Source: a virus (Duplodnaviria > Caudoviricetes). Taken from it: a DNA stretch of 44,616 nt. Below the pieces are notes generated by a model. That model had not been told where the DNA came from, did no database searches, and saw only the letters and a list, made by a program, of their open reading frames with translations. Position numbers and translations under genes: made by a program. The stretch covers positions 1 to 44,616 of the IMG/VR virus record IMGVR_UViG_3300043220_000052, one strand, 5' to 3'. This document shows, one piece after another, positions 43,978 through 44,616 of this stretch (within the stretch, counting starts at the first letter, position 1; every line of letters starts with the position of its first letter).

Positions 43978-44616
43978 CTGATCTGCGGAAGTCTCGGCAG
44001 GAACACGCCGACAAGGCCGACGAGCAAGGCGTCCAGGTCTGTCTCCACGAAGGCGCAATACAGGAAGTCGAGACGTGGCTGGCAGCTCTGGACGCCTCCG
44101 TGGCTCCGCCGACCAGTAGTGTCATCATAGCCACCTGTACGCTAGGGGTTGTACGGATTGAGCATGAGGTGGCCATGCTCGCTCAGACGTTGCCCCTGTG
44201 GCGGACGTTCAAGCGGAACATCATTGTGGGTAAAACGACTACGGACGCCCGCAACATGGCCGTGAAACAGGCTCAGGACGAGGGATTTGATTATCTCTTC
44301 TTCTGGGATGATGATGTTATTCCCCACGATAAACTGGCTACCCAACATCTCTTGGCCGTTCTAGACGCCGATGACAGTATTGACCTCGTGGGCGGGATTT
44401 ATCCCCGCAAGGTCACGATGGAGCCCATCGTGGCTAAGGACGACGAGGCTAAGAGCGGCGTCTGGTGGGGCTGGCGGGACGGGAAGGCCGAACAGGTCTA
44501 TATGACCGCCACGGGCTTCCTGATTATCCGTATGTCAAGTTTGGCGAAGATTCCCGTGACGGACGGGCGCTACTTCGAGGTGGACGACAAGACGACGGAC
44601 GACTTCTTCTTCGCTG
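43935..44616 (+). CDS. GT-A (GT2-like) glycosyltransferase, 5' part; continues across the origin to 306 (286 aa total)
   Basis: Hand translation: coiled-coil N-terminus, then VIIATC...DARNMAV..A...FDYLFFWDDDVIP...DLVGGIYPRK. Confidence 0.82.
   Translation, partial: MADTREKQRLEARLADLRKSRQEHADKADEQGVQVCLHEGAIQEVETWLAALDASVAPPTSSVIIATCTLGVVRIEHEVAMLAQTLPLWRTFKRNIIVGKTTTDARNMAVKQAQDEGFDYLFFWDDDVIPHDKLATQHLLAVLDADDSIDLVGGIYPRKVTMEPIVAKDDEAKSGVWWGWRDGKAEQVYMTATGFLIIRMSSLAKIPVTDGRYFEVDDKTTDDFFFA
44490..44616. repeat. terminal direct repeat (copy of 1-127)
   Basis: Exact match to the window start. Confidence 0.95.

Overview
The window is an apparently complete, circularly assembled genome (~44.49 kb after removing a 127-bp end overlap) of a tailed dsDNA phage. 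A short-tailed, podovirus-like virion is inferred because there is no tape measure or sheath gene, but there are adaptor and nozzle candidates and large internal virion proteins. The virion module runs TerS?/TerL, portal, two large ejection-type proteins, scaffold, major capsid and decoration-type genes. It then crosses the assembly origin through a GT-A glycosyltransferase and a CmcI/rhamnosyl-O-methyltransferase-like gene into adaptor, nozzle, fibre and BNR-propeller genes. A rightward early/accessory operon (13.1-27.1 kb) encodes an SSB-like protein, an HNH+LmbU-like protein, a DNA methyltransferase, a very short wHTH replication initiator with iteron-like repeats, an Rpf-like transglycosylase, RusA, an amidase endolysin, holin candidates and many micro-ORFs. 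A short leftward operon has a near-consensus sigma70 promoter. I see no integrase, DNA polymerase, helicase, tRNA, CRISPR array or reverse transcriptase. Weak signatures point to a Chloroflexota-like or other monoderm host (inference). The most unusual signal is a tandem pair of structured-RNA cassettes, each closed by the same 23-26 bp helix but carrying different folded cargo, nested with micro-genes inside the linker of the HNH-LmbU-like ORF. Also notable: a putative virion glycosylation/O-methylation pair, a pseudoknot/attenuator leader before the initiator, paralogous 40-aa Zn-ribbon proteins in the two early operons, and a probable antisense sRNA before the scaffold gene. All calls are by eye, without database searches.
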